In this document: piece after piece, positions 24,030 through 36,904 of the stretch
Numbering within the stretch: the first letter of the stretch is position 1
How the letters are laid out: each line of letters starts with the position of its first letter
Source of the DNA: Heterodontus francisci
Lineage: Eukaryota
NCBI RefSeq assembly: GCF_036365525.1
Contig: NC_090413.1
Span: 23,570,299-23,634,298, forward strand
DNA: 64,000 nt
Direction of reading: 5' to 3'
The notes under the pieces: model-generated
What the model was told of the DNA's origin: nothing
What the model saw: the letters and a program-made list of their open reading frames with translations, nothing else
The model's database searches: none
Translations under genes and position numbers: made by a program

Positions 24030-24356
24030 GGACGGCACAGTGGCGCACAGTGCACAGCTCCAGTGACCTGGGTTCGGTTCTGGGTACTGCTTGTGCGGAG
24101 TTTGCAAGTTCTCCCTGTGACTGTGTGGGTTTCTGCTGGGTGCTCCAGTTTCCTCCCACAGCCAAAGACTTGCAGGTTGATAGGTAAATTGGTCATTGTA
24201 AATTGCTCTTAGTAGGTAGGTGGTAGGAGAATTGAGAGAAGGTGGGGATGTGGTAGGGAATATGGGATTAATGTAGGATTAGTATAAATGGGTGGTTGAT
24301 GGTCAGCACAGACTTGGTGGGCCGAAGGGCCTGTTTCAGTGCTGTATCTTTCTATG
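24030..24356 (+). mobile_element. HE1-like V-SINE
   Basis: tRNA head ggcacagtggcgca...gggttcggttc; V-domain tgtgcggagtttgca...tccagtttcctcccac..ccaaagac; CR1-type tail gggccgaagggcctgtttcagtgctgta. Confidence 0.8.
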
Positions 24357-24647
24357 TTGCAATCTGTATTCCCCAGGATTTTGCTACTTAAAAAACAATG
24401 GATGACAGTAAACCTGCTGTCCATTGTGGTACAGGCTAGCAAAGTCCCAGGTTGCATACCAATCTATGCTACTTTATAATCACTTTCATCATCCCAGGGC
24501 TAGGAAAATAAGGAAATCAACCAAGCATTTATACTTGCTAACCAGTGCCCATTGCTGGGACATATGCACCTATGGCCATTAGGTGAGGATAGGAATAGGC
24601 CTGCTGTGGTCCCCATATTCATTGGATTCATTCACTCTCTAAAGAAA

Positions 24648-25084
24648 GAGCTTGCCTTTATATAGCTTATTTCACTACCTCGGAACGTCCCAAGGCACTT
24701 TATAGCCAATGAAGTACTTTTGTAGTCAGTCTTGGAATGTAAGAAGCATTGCAGCCAATTTATGCACAGCAAGGTCCCACAAGAGTTTACTATATATAGG
24801 ACTAGGTCATCTGTTTTAGTAATGTTGTTTGAGGAATAAATATTGGTCAGGACACCAAGGAGAATAGTGCCATAGGATCCTTTATGTTCTGAGAGGGCAG
24901 ACGAGCCTTGGTTTAACATATCATCCAAAAGGCATCACCCCTCAGTAGAGCATTGGAATGTCAGCCAGGATTGCAGGTTCAAATCTCACAGGATAGGACT
25001 TGAACCCACAACCTAAACTAAACTAAACTAAACTAAACCTCCTGGCTTAGAGGTGAGAATAGTGCCCACTGAACCACAGCTGAT
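24648..25084 (-). mobile_element. Deu-domain tRNA-SINE with a (CTAAA)5 microsatellite in its head
   Basis: Same family as 16108-16544. Confidence 0.75.
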
Positions 25085-25921
25085 ACAAATATCTTTCACT
25101 GAAACTGATAATCTTTGTCAAGTTTCAAACAGGAACAATGCGTATCTATGAAACCATATCCACCAAGAGTCAGTGCCCATAGCACCTTAAAAAAAGCCTA
25201 GCACCATAGTTAACAGTCATGTGATGCTGCATGTTTTTAAGTTCTATATTACCATTAATTGGACTATTTATGTCCCCCCATCCTCCTTTATTTTGTTGAT
25301 TTTGTTTTAGATTTATTGTCCAGATGTAGGGATAGTAAGGGACCACCTTCTCAGTTTCAGTTAAAGGAATCTACACCGAATCTTGTCTTTTCCCTTTTCA
25401 AATGTTTCCAGAACCTGACGTGTATCTCCTGTGTTTTCCATCTCAGTTACAATTTATTGACTATCTAATGGCCTGTGTCCTTGACAAACTTCAACCCTCA
25501 TTGCCTGATGAACAACATTATTAAAAAAAAACCCCCAGTGGAATGCGATTGGTACAACTCAAACAAGGTCCAGTGTCGAACATCAGTGCTGAGAACATCT
25601 CATAATGCACCTCTTTTGGCTACATTAGTTAAGGTGAAAGAGATTTGCCATCTCTTGATTGCTGCATTGAAGAGATCCTTGAAGCTGTTGCTGGTTGAGG
25701 CTCACAATCCCTCCGTGACTGAAGGCAGGGCGCACATTTTGATCAGCTTGCAATTTGTTTTCCCCAGTTTTAACACCAATAAGGTTGAACTCTGCCATCA
25801 TTTTTGCAGAACAAAAAGTACAGCTTTGTAGAAAATGGGGAGGAGGGGCATGAATGGGACATGCATGAATGGAGGTCTCAACAAAAAGGTTTGGGGACCT
25901 CTATTCACACCTGACAGTCCG

Positions 25922-26275
25922 GTGTTGTACTGAGGGAGTGCTGCACTGTAAGAGGTGTCATCTTCTAGATGAGATGTTAAACCAAGGCCCCACCTGTTCT
26001 CTCAGATGGATGTAAAAGATCTGGCACAACTATTTGAAAGAAGACCAGTGGCGTTCTCCTCTGGTGCTCTGGCCAATACTTGACCCACAGCCAACACAAC
26101 ACCACTAATAAAAAAAACTACTCCACCATCAATCTCATTGATGTTTGTAAACTGGCTGCTGCCTTTGAGTACTAAACAGTGGCTGCATGTCCCAACATAG
26201 CTTATTGGCTTGAAGCACTTTGGCAGGTGCTGGTAACATGAAAGGTGATTTTATAAATGCAATTCCTTTCTTTCT
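25922..26275 (+). mobile_element. Deu-domain tRNA-SINE
   Basis: gtactgagggagtgctgcactg...tataaatgcaa tail. Confidence 0.7.
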
Positions 26276-27749
26276 TCACCATCAAGACTCAGACATGAAG
26301 AATGGCTAGTGTCGCGAGGATGACCATCCCTGGCGTGAGTAAGTGCTTTCAGGAAGAGAAGGGGAAGAATTAACTTAATTGATCTCTCCTCTTCAAGTCC
26401 TTTCATCTGTTATGTTGCTGAGAAAGCGAATTACAATTTTAATTAATCGTTACCGGGCGAGTGTCAACAGAAGGAGGAGGGAGAGCTCCAGCCGAACCTG
26501 ATCTTATCCTCACCTGATATCCACGTCATCCAAATCGCTGGATTACAATTAGCAGAGACCCTGGTAATTTGACTTCTGCTTAGCCCACTTAGGCCGCTCT
26601 TTGTATCCCCACCACCCTCGTGAGCTGGGATTAATTAACCCAACACAAACCAGAATTTGGGACCTTCTTGTTTCATATGGCTCAGACACAGTACTGTTAC
26701 CCACTGATCCATTGTAAGGTGATATCTTCCTTAGGCATGGTCAGCTTCCATCTGTATGCTGGTGGCACCACCTAGCTCAACCTGACCATCCTCTCTGTCG
26801 ACCCCATAATCACCTCCATGCTGTCAGACAGTCATGGTTAAGTCACAACTTCTGAGGCCCTGTCTGTCCTTTCGTGTGGATGTAAACTATCTCATGGTAC
26901 TATTTTGTAGAAGAGCAGGAGAGTTCTCCCCGATGTCCTGGCCAATTCTTATCCCTCAACGAAGATCACAATCTGGTCATCATCTGTTTGTGGGAGCTTG
27001 CTGTGCACAAATTGGCTGCCACATTTCATGCAAGTGACTGCACTTCAAATGTACTACATTGGCTGTAAAGCGCTTTGGGACAACCCTGGGATGTGAACAA
27101 TGCTATATAAATGCAAGATGCTGTTGTTGACTATTTTTCCAATGTCCACCTCATTGGTGTCCTGTCCTGTAACCTACATAGTCCAGTTGGTCCAAAATGC
27201 AGCAGCTGACATCCTGTCCCACAGTACGTCATCCTCATCCATCAACCCCCTTCCCCCCCACCCCCCATCCTCACTAACCTACACTGGTTTCCACTCCCCA
27301 GTGTATTAACTGACCTTCAGATCCTTCTATGCCTTATCTTTGCACCCTTATATCTCCTTCCAAAACCTTGGGACTCTGGTATTTTAAGCCCCTTCTACCC
27401 CACCATTGGTGGCAAAGCCTTTAGCTGCCTTGAAACTACCTTCCTAAATCCCAACTGCATCGCCGATTCTCTTTACCTTTAAAGAAACGTCTTTTAGGTC
27501 GCGTTTTAGCTTAACCCTCCCAATCTATCCCTCTGTGGCTCATTCTTTTTATCAATTTCTGCAATTTTTGACACTGCAAAAAAAAAAACTGGCACCATCC
27601 TGGATACATTTGAATTAATTTCTATAAGATAGCATCAGCTATTAAAAGAATAATTGCATTATCAAGGTAGAACATGTCTTATCAGTTTAGGATCAGAAAT
27701 AATCTGTTATTTAACCAATACAGAAAAATGTGAAAATCCGTCATGGGCA

Positions 27750-28265
27750 ACAACTTGCATTTATCCAGCACCTTCTCAAGGGCAATAAATGCTGGCCTTA
27801 CCAGTGATGCTCACATCCAGAGAATGAATAAAAAAGTCAACTATAAGATGCATCACAGGAGCGTTAAGAAAATTTGACATGAAACATAAGGAGATATTCA
27901 GATGATTGATCAAAAACTTGGTCAAAGGAACATCTTAGAGGCTCAGGGAGGGAATTCCAGAGCTTAGGGCCTGCGCAGCTGAAAACACAGTCACCAGTGG
28001 TGGAGCAATACAAACCAGGGACGTGCAAGAGCCAGAGATCTAAGGAATGTGGGTTACAGAGATAGGGAGAGTCTAGGCCATAGAGGGATTTTAAAACATG
28101 AGAATTTTTTTGAGGCATTGCCAAACTGGCAGGCAATGTAGGTCAGCAAGCATGAAGGTGATGGATAAATAGGACTTTGTGCAAATTAGGATTAAAGGTT
28201 TTGGTGAATAAAAGGCGAGAGGCTGGCCAAGATAGCATTGGAATAGTTAAGCCTGGAGATAACAA
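27750..28265 (-). mobile_element. L2-type LINE 3' fragment
   Basis: Minus-strand ORF remnant LKSLYGLDSPYL..VFSCAGPKLWNSLP. Confidence 0.7.
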
Positions 28266-29841
28266 AGTTGATCTTTGCCCCTACCCCAGTTTCAAAATTT
28301 ACTCTTAATAAAATCTGCAAACAGATTGGTTACCATCGCAACAGCAATTATTTGCATATTGTATATATAGCATCTGAGATTCAGCACAGCTGTTATACTG
28401 GCACTTATAATCTGAAGACAAAATACCTAACCTTGACCTCAAATAAACCTGGATCTCTGGTATTAATTATCTAGTCCGAATCATGGCACAGATATTTGGG
28501 CTTCCTAATGAGTTTTTTTTTTTTCACCCTTCTAACCAAATTGCCCTACTGCTTAACATGAGGGAGAAAATCATGACATGGCAGCTCAGGGAGAAGTCAA
28601 TGATGCCTTACTCATTAGTAGGGTTCTATTAGCTCAGCAGGTAACTACCTACTCCAATTGAGTGATGGTACACGTGACTTTGCTCTAGTTTTCCAGCGAA
28701 ATTAGCTTAATGTCATCTGCACCTTGGAAAAAAAAACCCCAATGGCACTGAGCGGTTAGGCCCAGTTACTAGTTTAGTTCCTGCGACACTTTTATGCCTC
28801 GACTTTAGGTTGGTTTTGTACTCAGTTGCATGTGTGATAATGTTCAACATAAGTAAGCAAAAAAAAAAAATGTTATGACAATCACTTGCCACTTCAATCC
28901 AGATTTTAGAAGTTGACAACCTGTGCTTGACATAGCAAATCCACAAGTCAATTCAAACTGACACAAACTTGAAGGCATCAAATCTACATCTGTAGAATTT
29001 TTATCTGCACTTAATGACACTTCACTTAAAAGTGCAGAGTTTTAATTCTCATGGGTTGTGGGGAGCACTGGCAAGGCTGGCATTTGCTGCCCATCCCCAA
29101 TTTCCTTTGGCAAAGGATTTTGCTAGGTGATTTCAAAGGGCAGTTAAGAGTTAACCACAGTGCTGGGGGTAAGGGCAGATTTCCTTCCTGAAATTAGTGA
29201 AGCAGATTTTTTTTTTTGTAAAAACAGATTATAGCTTCATGAATTGAAAGCCAGTCTCAGTGTTAAGATTTTTTTTTTATTGAATTTAATTTCTACTAGC
29301 TGCCAGTGGATTTGAACCCATGTCTTCAGGATATTGGCCTAGGCTTCTGGTTGTGACAACACCAGTACATCACTAATTGTGATCAGATGTATGCAAAGTA
29401 TATGGCTGCAGCTTAGCAATCTTGCAGCAACAGGAATCATTGCATTAGCTCACAGGTCTACATGCTCTACAATAGGAGCAGAAGTGCATCCTTACAGGCT
29501 TCATTAGGGAACCAGTTGATCTCTGGTTTCTTGGACAATATTAGGAAAGGTCAGGACTAAGATAGCTCTTAACTGTGCTAGACTGGTAGCTATGCCCTTT
29601 CAGATAAGGCTGTGCCTATTATTATTATTATCCAAGAAAGTCTCAAATCTACAATTGTAGATGACTTGGTAGCTTGTGTGCAGTATATATTACAATAATT
29701 GTACTTATGGTAAAGTGATCCAACAATGGCAGGGTCAAAGTAACCATTTTACTGCATTCACTTAGATTTGTGTTGCCTGTAGACTAGGCTTCAATTGGAG
29801 CAAGCATCAGATGCAATGACAGTTCTGCTTTCAATTCAAGT

Positions 29842-29847
29842 TTTATT
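29842..29847 (-). terminator. Putative prdx2 poly(A) signal AATAAA
   Basis: tttatt on the plus strand about 200 nt downstream of the prdx2 stop. Confidence 0.55.
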
Positions 29848-30046
29848 CTGGTACAGTAAAAAAAAAAAAGCTTACAGGAGCACAACTGGACCTGGTTACT
29901 TGGAGCACAGATGAACAAATACTGACAATTCAACATCCTAGTGTACAGAAATCTCAGCTAGGTCTTCACAAGTGCCTGCTGCATAACAAAAATACAACTT
30001 CAGTTTAGTATATTTTAGCCTTCAGTACTCAGGTTGGACTAAACCT

Positions 30047-30132
30047 CTAGGACTGTTTCTCAAAGAACTTTTTGCTGTCATTCACATCAGGCTTGATAGT
30101 ATCATGGCCAGGCTTCCAGCCAGCAGGGCAGA
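30047..30132 (-). CDS. prdx2: Peroxiredoxin-2, last coding exon (resolving Cys)
   Basis: (V)[27 protein letters not shown]; acceptor tttctag; 86 nt. Confidence 0.93.
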
Positions 30133-30608
30133 CTAGAAACAAAAAAAAAAAAGGGGACATGTTAGTTTAGTACATTGAAAAAAAAAAGTGACCCTTGCAA
30201 TACACAAATCCTGCTAATGTAGTACAGTGCAGCTGGCTATTGACATGGACCACTGACCAAGATCCAGTGTCTGAACCAATACAAAGAACCTTGCTGTTTA
30301 CTTCCAGCAGGTCCTAGATGCCAAGGGAATATGACAAGGACATGGGATTAAGACAGTCTTAGGTAAGAATCCAACTCAGAACAAAGACTTGTACTGTACA
30401 GGAAGGACACTAAAATGTAGCTGGCTAGTGATTGTTGTAATGGAACAATATTTTGAAGTTCACTATTGTAGAATGACTGCTAGCTGCTGCTTGGCCCATC
30501 ATTTTTTTTTAAATAAAAAGTGCAAGACTAGTACTCTTCATTGCATTGTTAATCCTAGAGCATTGCAACATTACATGAAATAAACTGCACAAGTAAGAGA
30601 TAAATCAC

Positions 30609-30739
30609 CTTCTCCATGTTTGTCAGTGAATTGAAAGGCCTGCACCAGCCTTAGAGTCTCATCTACTGAACGGCCAACTGGAAGGTCATTGATTGTAATC
30701 TGACGCAGGATTCCCTTCTCATCAATAATAAAGAGACCT
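30609..30739 (-). CDS. prdx2: Peroxiredoxin-2, coding exon 4
   Basis: (R)[43 protein letters not shown]; AG/GT boundaries; 131 nt. Confidence 0.95.
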
Positions 30740-31222
30740 CTAAAAATGGGAGAAAATTACAAGTTACTAGGAAAGTCATTTACCCCAAAGCCCATTTTTA
30801 AACTCAACCTAAAATCCAGTTCAATTTTAAACAGCCCTCAGTTCAATTTATAGCTTGTCAACTTGTAATAAAGCTTTTCTTTAACTTGAAGGCTCACTGA
30901 CGCACAAGGTCAATAACTAGAAGTTTCCCCCTTTACTTCAAGTTCGTAAAAAGTAGTGAACATTTGGAACCCAACTTCACACCAGCACCTCAAATGCTAC
31001 TTGGAGAACCAGAAGTTCTCATTTGGATGTCCCACATGGGAAGTGGATAATTTAATGCCCATTACACTTAACTAAACTAAAATACCAACACTAATTAATC
31101 CTCAGCTCAAGACTAAGACTGATTACAAAGCAGATAGCAGCCCAAGGAACAGAGATAAATCAGAAGTAATTGGGGGAAAGTGTCAAGACTCCAGATACCA
31201 AATGTTCTAAACATATACTGAC

Positions 31223-31345
31223 CTGTAAGCAATCCCTTCATCCTCCTTCAGAACACCATAGTCTTTGGAGATGGACTGAGTCAAGTCAGCAACCAGTGGG
31301 ATTTTCATGTGGCCAATACCACCCTGTTTACGAGGAGTGTTGATC
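31223..31345 (-). CDS. prdx2: Peroxiredoxin-2, coding exon 3
   Basis: (W)[40 protein letters not shown](R); 123 nt. Confidence 0.95.
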
Positions 31346-32201
31346 CTGAAAAGTGTATTAGTTGATGTCTTAAGTTTATAAACGGAAGAGAAAATAGCTT
31401 GGCAAGTTTAAAGGAAGCGAATACATTCTCCATATACTTCACTTCCCTAAAGAAGCTCAAATGCAAGGGCATGAGACATTCACAAGTGAACATTCAACAT
31501 GCACCCCACCCCAACTTTTAAAATGAAAGTAAGTTGATTTATGCTCAACTAGAAATCAAAACTAGAATGAGCAGATTACAAAACTAGTTAATCTTATAGC
31601 TGTTGGAAGTATTTGGACAGATTAGTATCAGATGGGCAATGTTTAGTTACAGCTGTGGTTTTTATACACATTTTTCCTCCATTTATTGACAGAAGGCAAT
31701 TAGTTTCACCTCCCAACATTTAATAGTCAATCTTCAGGGATAAGCTTCTGATCAAGACTCAAGAACTGATCTCCATAGAAGAGTCCATTAAATTGTTCTA
31801 AAGGAGCACATCTATCTTCCTGCCCTTCCCAACTACCAGGGAGGTAGTCTGAAGGATTAGAGGCTCCACTGCTAAATCAGTTAATAATTCAGCTCCATTA
31901 TAATTAGAGATCCTGTCAGTGCAAGGAATACTATGAAACAGTACTAAGTAGCCAATCTATTTGATTAGACAAAGCAGTATTGGCCACTAATTAACCCAGA
32001 ATCCAGCTGTACAAGGACAGAACTATGGGACAAACAGTCATTCACCATGTTTCATAATTTGAATACCTTGAAATACCAAGCAGCAACATTTCATATAGCC
32101 AATATCTAACTAGCAAGCCAAAAAGAGAGTTCAGAGTATCTTTAAGACCCAACTTTTTTCTTAATTAGAAGTGGACTTGCTGAAAGTATAGTGATTCTTA
32201 C

Positions 32202-32355
32202 CAGGCCAAGTGGCTGAAGTGAGAATCTGTGGAGGCACCAATTACTTCACAGTTGATCTTGCGAAACTCATCAGCTCGGTCACTGTATGCGATGATCTCC
32301 GTTGGACAGACAAAGGTGAAATCCAGGGGGTAGAAGAAGAATACAACATACTTTC
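32202..32355 (-). CDS. prdx2: Peroxiredoxin-2, coding exon 2 (peroxidatic Cys)
   Basis: (G)[50 protein letters not shown](W); 154 nt; HFSH rather than the PRDX1 HFCH. Confidence 0.95.
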
Positions 32356-32499
32356 CTAGAGTAGGGAAAGATGGCAAGACATTGATATTTACTCAATGCA
32401 CTCAGCTAGTTGAGCCTTGGTCATCAACTGCTGAATGGATAAATGGATGCCAACACAAGGTGGTAGCTTGTCAAGTAGTAAGAACTGTAGAAAACTGGT

Positions 32500-33140
32500 A
32501 GGTTAATAGAGCAGGAATGTGTGTGGCAAATGAACTTAATGTGGAAGAGAATACATCTTTGGGTATTGTGGAAAAACTGAATATGAACAGAGGGATCAAG
32601 GGTCTCAAATCAGCACAAGTAGATAAAGCCATTAAGATAAATTGCAATTTGGGTTTTATAAATCAGGGACAGTACAAGAGTAAAAAAAAAGGAAAAATGA
32701 TTGAAGCCTAACTGATTCAGATACTGTATGCAGTTTTGGGCACTGAAAAAAGAACATTAAAACAAGGGAGAATGAAGAACATCAGCTCCACAGATTATTT
32801 CCATTGGAGTACAGGAAGTCTGAGGTTTAATTTGTTTTGTTTTTTTTTTAAAAACTGTTCAAAACAGAAAAAAAAAACTTTCCATGTTCACTTCTCATGG
32901 AGAATTTAAAACTTCCAGCAAAAAAAGTATGGGAATTTCATCTCACATTAGGTTGTTGGAACCATGGTATGCTTTACTATAGCATTGTGACTGAAAGGAC
33001 CATTAACCATTGCTTTATTTAAATCTTGACAAATTTTCTTCAAAAGATTTAGGACTGCAGGGCAAAATGCAGGTTTAAGTGGATTAGTTTTGACTTCAAA
33101 TTTACTAGTACATGATTGACAGAATGGCTTTCATGTGTCT
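32500..33140 (+). mobile_element. Highly decayed CR1 fragment in a prdx2 intron
   Basis: Recognisable remnants (gtggcaaatgaacttaatgtg, gtagataaagccatt, tgtatgcagttttgggcact). Confidence 0.5.
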
Positions 33141-34020
33141 GAACAGGCTAGGATTCAGATTCCAGCCAACTCTGCTGTGCAAAAGAACCTGGTCATACTC
33201 AACACTTGAATCTTTCCACCAAGCTACTGGAAGTCCTGTGGAGGACTTAGTTTAGTTTTTTTCTTATGAAAAAAAAAGTCATGATATAGAATGTGCTACC
33301 TGAAAAGCAGGCAATGGATTTACTCAAATTGCAAAAAAGTGTTTGTAAGGGGAGAAAACACAGACCTATGGAATCAAGAGCCAGGGAGCAGTCTAATTGG
33401 ATTGTTCTTCAAGTGTTAGCACAGGCACATTGAAAACAGCATCCTTCCATGATGAGATTAACAGAATCTGTTGCTACTGAACTGAAGTTGCATATCAGAC
33501 CAGTCAGATAAGGGTTCTGCCCAAAATATTAATGCCATCACTTGCTTTCAAGGTGAAATGACCATTCTGTATTGTAATTGGGTCACTGTCCCCACCCTCT
33601 TCCATCTAGGAAGAAGCAGTTTTACAACTGTCCGTTATTGCACATGTTAGTACTTCTGCAATTTTAAACAGAAGCACTGGGAACACAAGTTATTCAAGTT
33701 TAAAGTAATTTAAAAACTAGGCCACTTTATTCTGGATTTCCCCACCTTACCCCTGCCCTCTCCAGAAAATTATGTAAAACAAATCCTTTATTCTTATACC
33801 TCAATTGATACTCAAGGGAATACAAAATATATACAACCTTCCAGACTAAAGCAGACTTTGTACTCAAATTGTTTGGCTAGAATCCAACATTGGACAAAGT
33901 CCTGTTCAACAGCACCAAAGATTGCTTCACTCTTTGCACTCATGGCTGTATTGATTGAGGAAAGCAAACAGTGGATTGTCTGAAAAGGGCTTTAAGATCA
34001 GCATTTGGATAGCTTTTTAC

Positions 34021-34126
34021 CTTTGTAACTGGACAGAGTCAGGTCCTTGAATTCTCCATTAGGCATCACAGCCTTGGCGGTGAAATCAGGTGCCGGTTGA
34101 CCAATTTTAGCATTTCCAGCTGACAT
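34021..34126 (-). CDS. prdx2: Peroxiredoxin-2, first coding exon
   Basis: [35 protein letters not shown](G); donor gtaaaa; acceptor cacag at 34139-34140. The five exons sum to 600 nt = 199 aa plus stop. Confidence 0.95.
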
Positions 34127-36669
34127 CTTGAACAGTTACTGTGCAGGAAGACTACAAGGCAAACAAAGTCAAGTCAGCATTTTGAAAATGGATAGTAGTT
34201 CAATTACATAATGCACTCCTGGATTTAATCTTGTGGTTTGTGCTCCAGTTTGCATTGTGCCCAATTTTAAAAAAGTCTAGAGTTTGTGGTAATTTAGGGA
34301 GGAACTTAGCTTTACTACCAAGCCCTACTTTGCAAGAGCCAAGCACTGAAATATTAGGAAATAAAAATGCCACATGCAAGATACTGAAATTGAAAAAATT
34401 TTCCTTACACTTGTTCCAAGACATCCCACTGCCAGGTGCATCAAGGCACAAAGTTTAATTCCCAGTGTATAGAATAGAGAGTGTTCAGAAATACAAATAG
34501 CATTGACTTTAAGCTATGCAGGGGACAGTCAGGCTAATAGTGCCCTTGCAGCAGGGGTCATTGACCCAATTCTGGCATCCACTGCAACAACTTCCAACAC
34601 CTTCTGCAATTGGTGGGCACCACAGGGAATGGAGTGCATAGTCAACACTGAGAATGGAATTTTAGCTTTATTGGATTTTAATAAAGTTATTTAAATCATG
34701 TATATAAAGAGGGGGCCCAAGGAATAAAGGCCCCCTTGACAATATAAATCGGGCCTGGGGTATAAAGGCCACCTTAAAAAAAAACACAACTTCCAACTAC
34801 AAACTGGGCTCGCAAACTTGCACAAGGCACTACAGGGCTGTAGCATTTAAATTTACCCAGGGAGTCAGTATATACATTGGCAGAGGTTGGAAACATAAAA
34901 TGAACCCATTTGGAGCTTGGTTTGTACAGTAGAATGTTGCCAAGCTGACTGCAGAACACAATTGTGCATTTTCTGCCACCATGGTTAACATACTAGTAGT
35001 TAGAACAGTCAAGACATGAAGGTTAGCAAAAATTGCTTTTTTTAAACCTTCATATGGTTTTAAAAAGCAATTATATTAGCAATTTTTATGGTAACAATGA
35101 CCTGACCAACATAAATTGTACTTTTACAGATCATTGTCTTCAATGAGTCAATAAGCTTTGTTGAACAATTTTCCTTATGACCTACAGGGTCCCTCAAGTT
35201 GTTAGTTGGCCTAACCCTTGTACTTCATTCAATACAAACAAGGTGGACAGCAATTGGGATACCATTCTTTAACAGACAACTGCCATCTAGTTCACCCACT
35301 AAAAAAAAACAAAGGGCATCAGCAAACCCAACACAGAAGGAAAAAGGAAACAGGAACAGTCCTCCAAGTTAAAGTTCCAATTTGGCAAGTTCAATTTTCA
35401 CTTAACCAGAAGTACTGGAACATTAAAAAAAAAGTCTTGTTCAACTTCCACTGGGCAAGGTGCAGCCAGATTTAAAAAACAAAAGCTAAAGTTATTCACC
35501 AAGGTCAAACATGGACAATACCTGGAGTTAGTCTGTGTGGGGAACAAACAATTGCTTTGAAATATGACAAGAGCAAGACTCCCTCAAGCTTAGACAGCTA
35601 GAGGTAGAGTTAGAATTCTCCTTACAACTGCTAAAAAGTTTTCCTTTTGCCCTGAATATGGGTGCTGACAGTAATATTAGCCTTTACCTTACTTCAGCAT
35701 TTCAAAGTTACTACAGAGCTTCGATTCTTTTCCCCCAAATCTATATAGTGAGCATAGATGAGGGCCATACTAGTTCAATGAAACATTTAGTATTTCGAAC
35801 CAAATCATTCGGATGAGTTTAGTTACTGTAACAGTCTAACGAACAAGTGTCATGTCTCAATTCTTAAAAACTCCCAGAACAGTGTTGCAACAGTGAAAGC
35901 ACACAAGGCCCAACATAGGCTCAAGAACACTTCGAGAGCAAAAGGAGATTTAAGTCAAAGGAAATTCCTGGGCCTGATTATATCTCAAGAGCTCCTCCCC
36001 TATTTGCAATAGTGGCCTTTTCTGATCAGAAACCCAACGGTTTGGTAATTTAAAGTCGTGTTGCTAGATGCTAGCTTTGGATCCATCTAGTCCTGCAAGT
36101 ATACCGTGGATAGATACATTAAATAGGTTGATACATTGTGCGCCAATAGTTACTTAACTAACTGGAGAATATGCCTAGATCAGCAAGGTTGCAAAACCCA
36201 TTTGTATTCTTTTTTATATAAAGAGGGTTACTTTCAAAAAAGTTACGAATCGCCCATACATTTAGTAACAGATTAAAAGGTCAAAAGTAATTTAAGTATC
36301 GATCTTAGTTTTACACAACCCTCCTTTCTTCACAAGTTGGAAAAAAACTTCGACTTTTTCTTTGAACAAAGAGAATTTGCGTCACACTGCGCCTTTTGTG
36401 TTTTACTGCAGGTCTAGCTAGTCGAGCCCATTCGACTCATCAAAACTCATCCAATCCACCTTCAACTAAAAAGATTCAAGAACAGTCCTTAAAAAGAAAC
36501 CTTTCCTGGACTTTACAGATATGTTTTTACCAAAAAAAAAACCAAATGCACTGAATTTCTAACAAAGATTTTTTTAAATTAAGCAATCATTCAAATGCAA
36601 CTACACGCAAGCAGGAAACGACAACCATTTTTTTTTTAAATACACTACTCCAACCTTTATATAACTTAC

Positions 36670-36700
36670 ATCAATCCACACTGTACTCCTGCCACTGATA
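36670..36700 (-). other. prdx2: Putative non-coding exon 1 of prdx2
   Basis: GTAAGT donor at 36669-36664; Inr-like TCAGT about 33 nt downstream of the TATA box. Confidence 0.6.
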
Positions 36701-36720
36701 TTCACGTTGCCTCGTCTCCT

Positions 36721-36791
36721 CTTTTTTATAGTGACCTAGAACTCGCGAGGTTTAAACATCGCAGGCAGCCTGGTTCCAGAGTGACTCAGCA
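36721..36791 (-). promoter_or_regulatory. prdx2 promoter: TATAAAA (36730-36724), CTCGCGAG palindrome and perfect ARE GTGACTCAGCA (36781-36791)
   Basis: Motifs read directly; orientation and spacing fit the exon-1 donor. Confidence 0.7.
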
Positions 36792-36904
36792 AAAAAAATA
36801 CAGCTCCAGCAATTAAAGGGGCAGGCACTGTGAATGTCAGCATGACTTTGGAGTTTCAAGATCAATTCATCATGGTGCAATTTTAATAATTAGTCACTTC
36901 CAGA

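Noticed and set aside
36415-36450. Hairpin agtcga..tcgact next to TGATGA on the minus strand (hammerhead or C/D snoRNA?)
   Set aside because: No GAAA box after the stem and no convincing D box or terminal stem.
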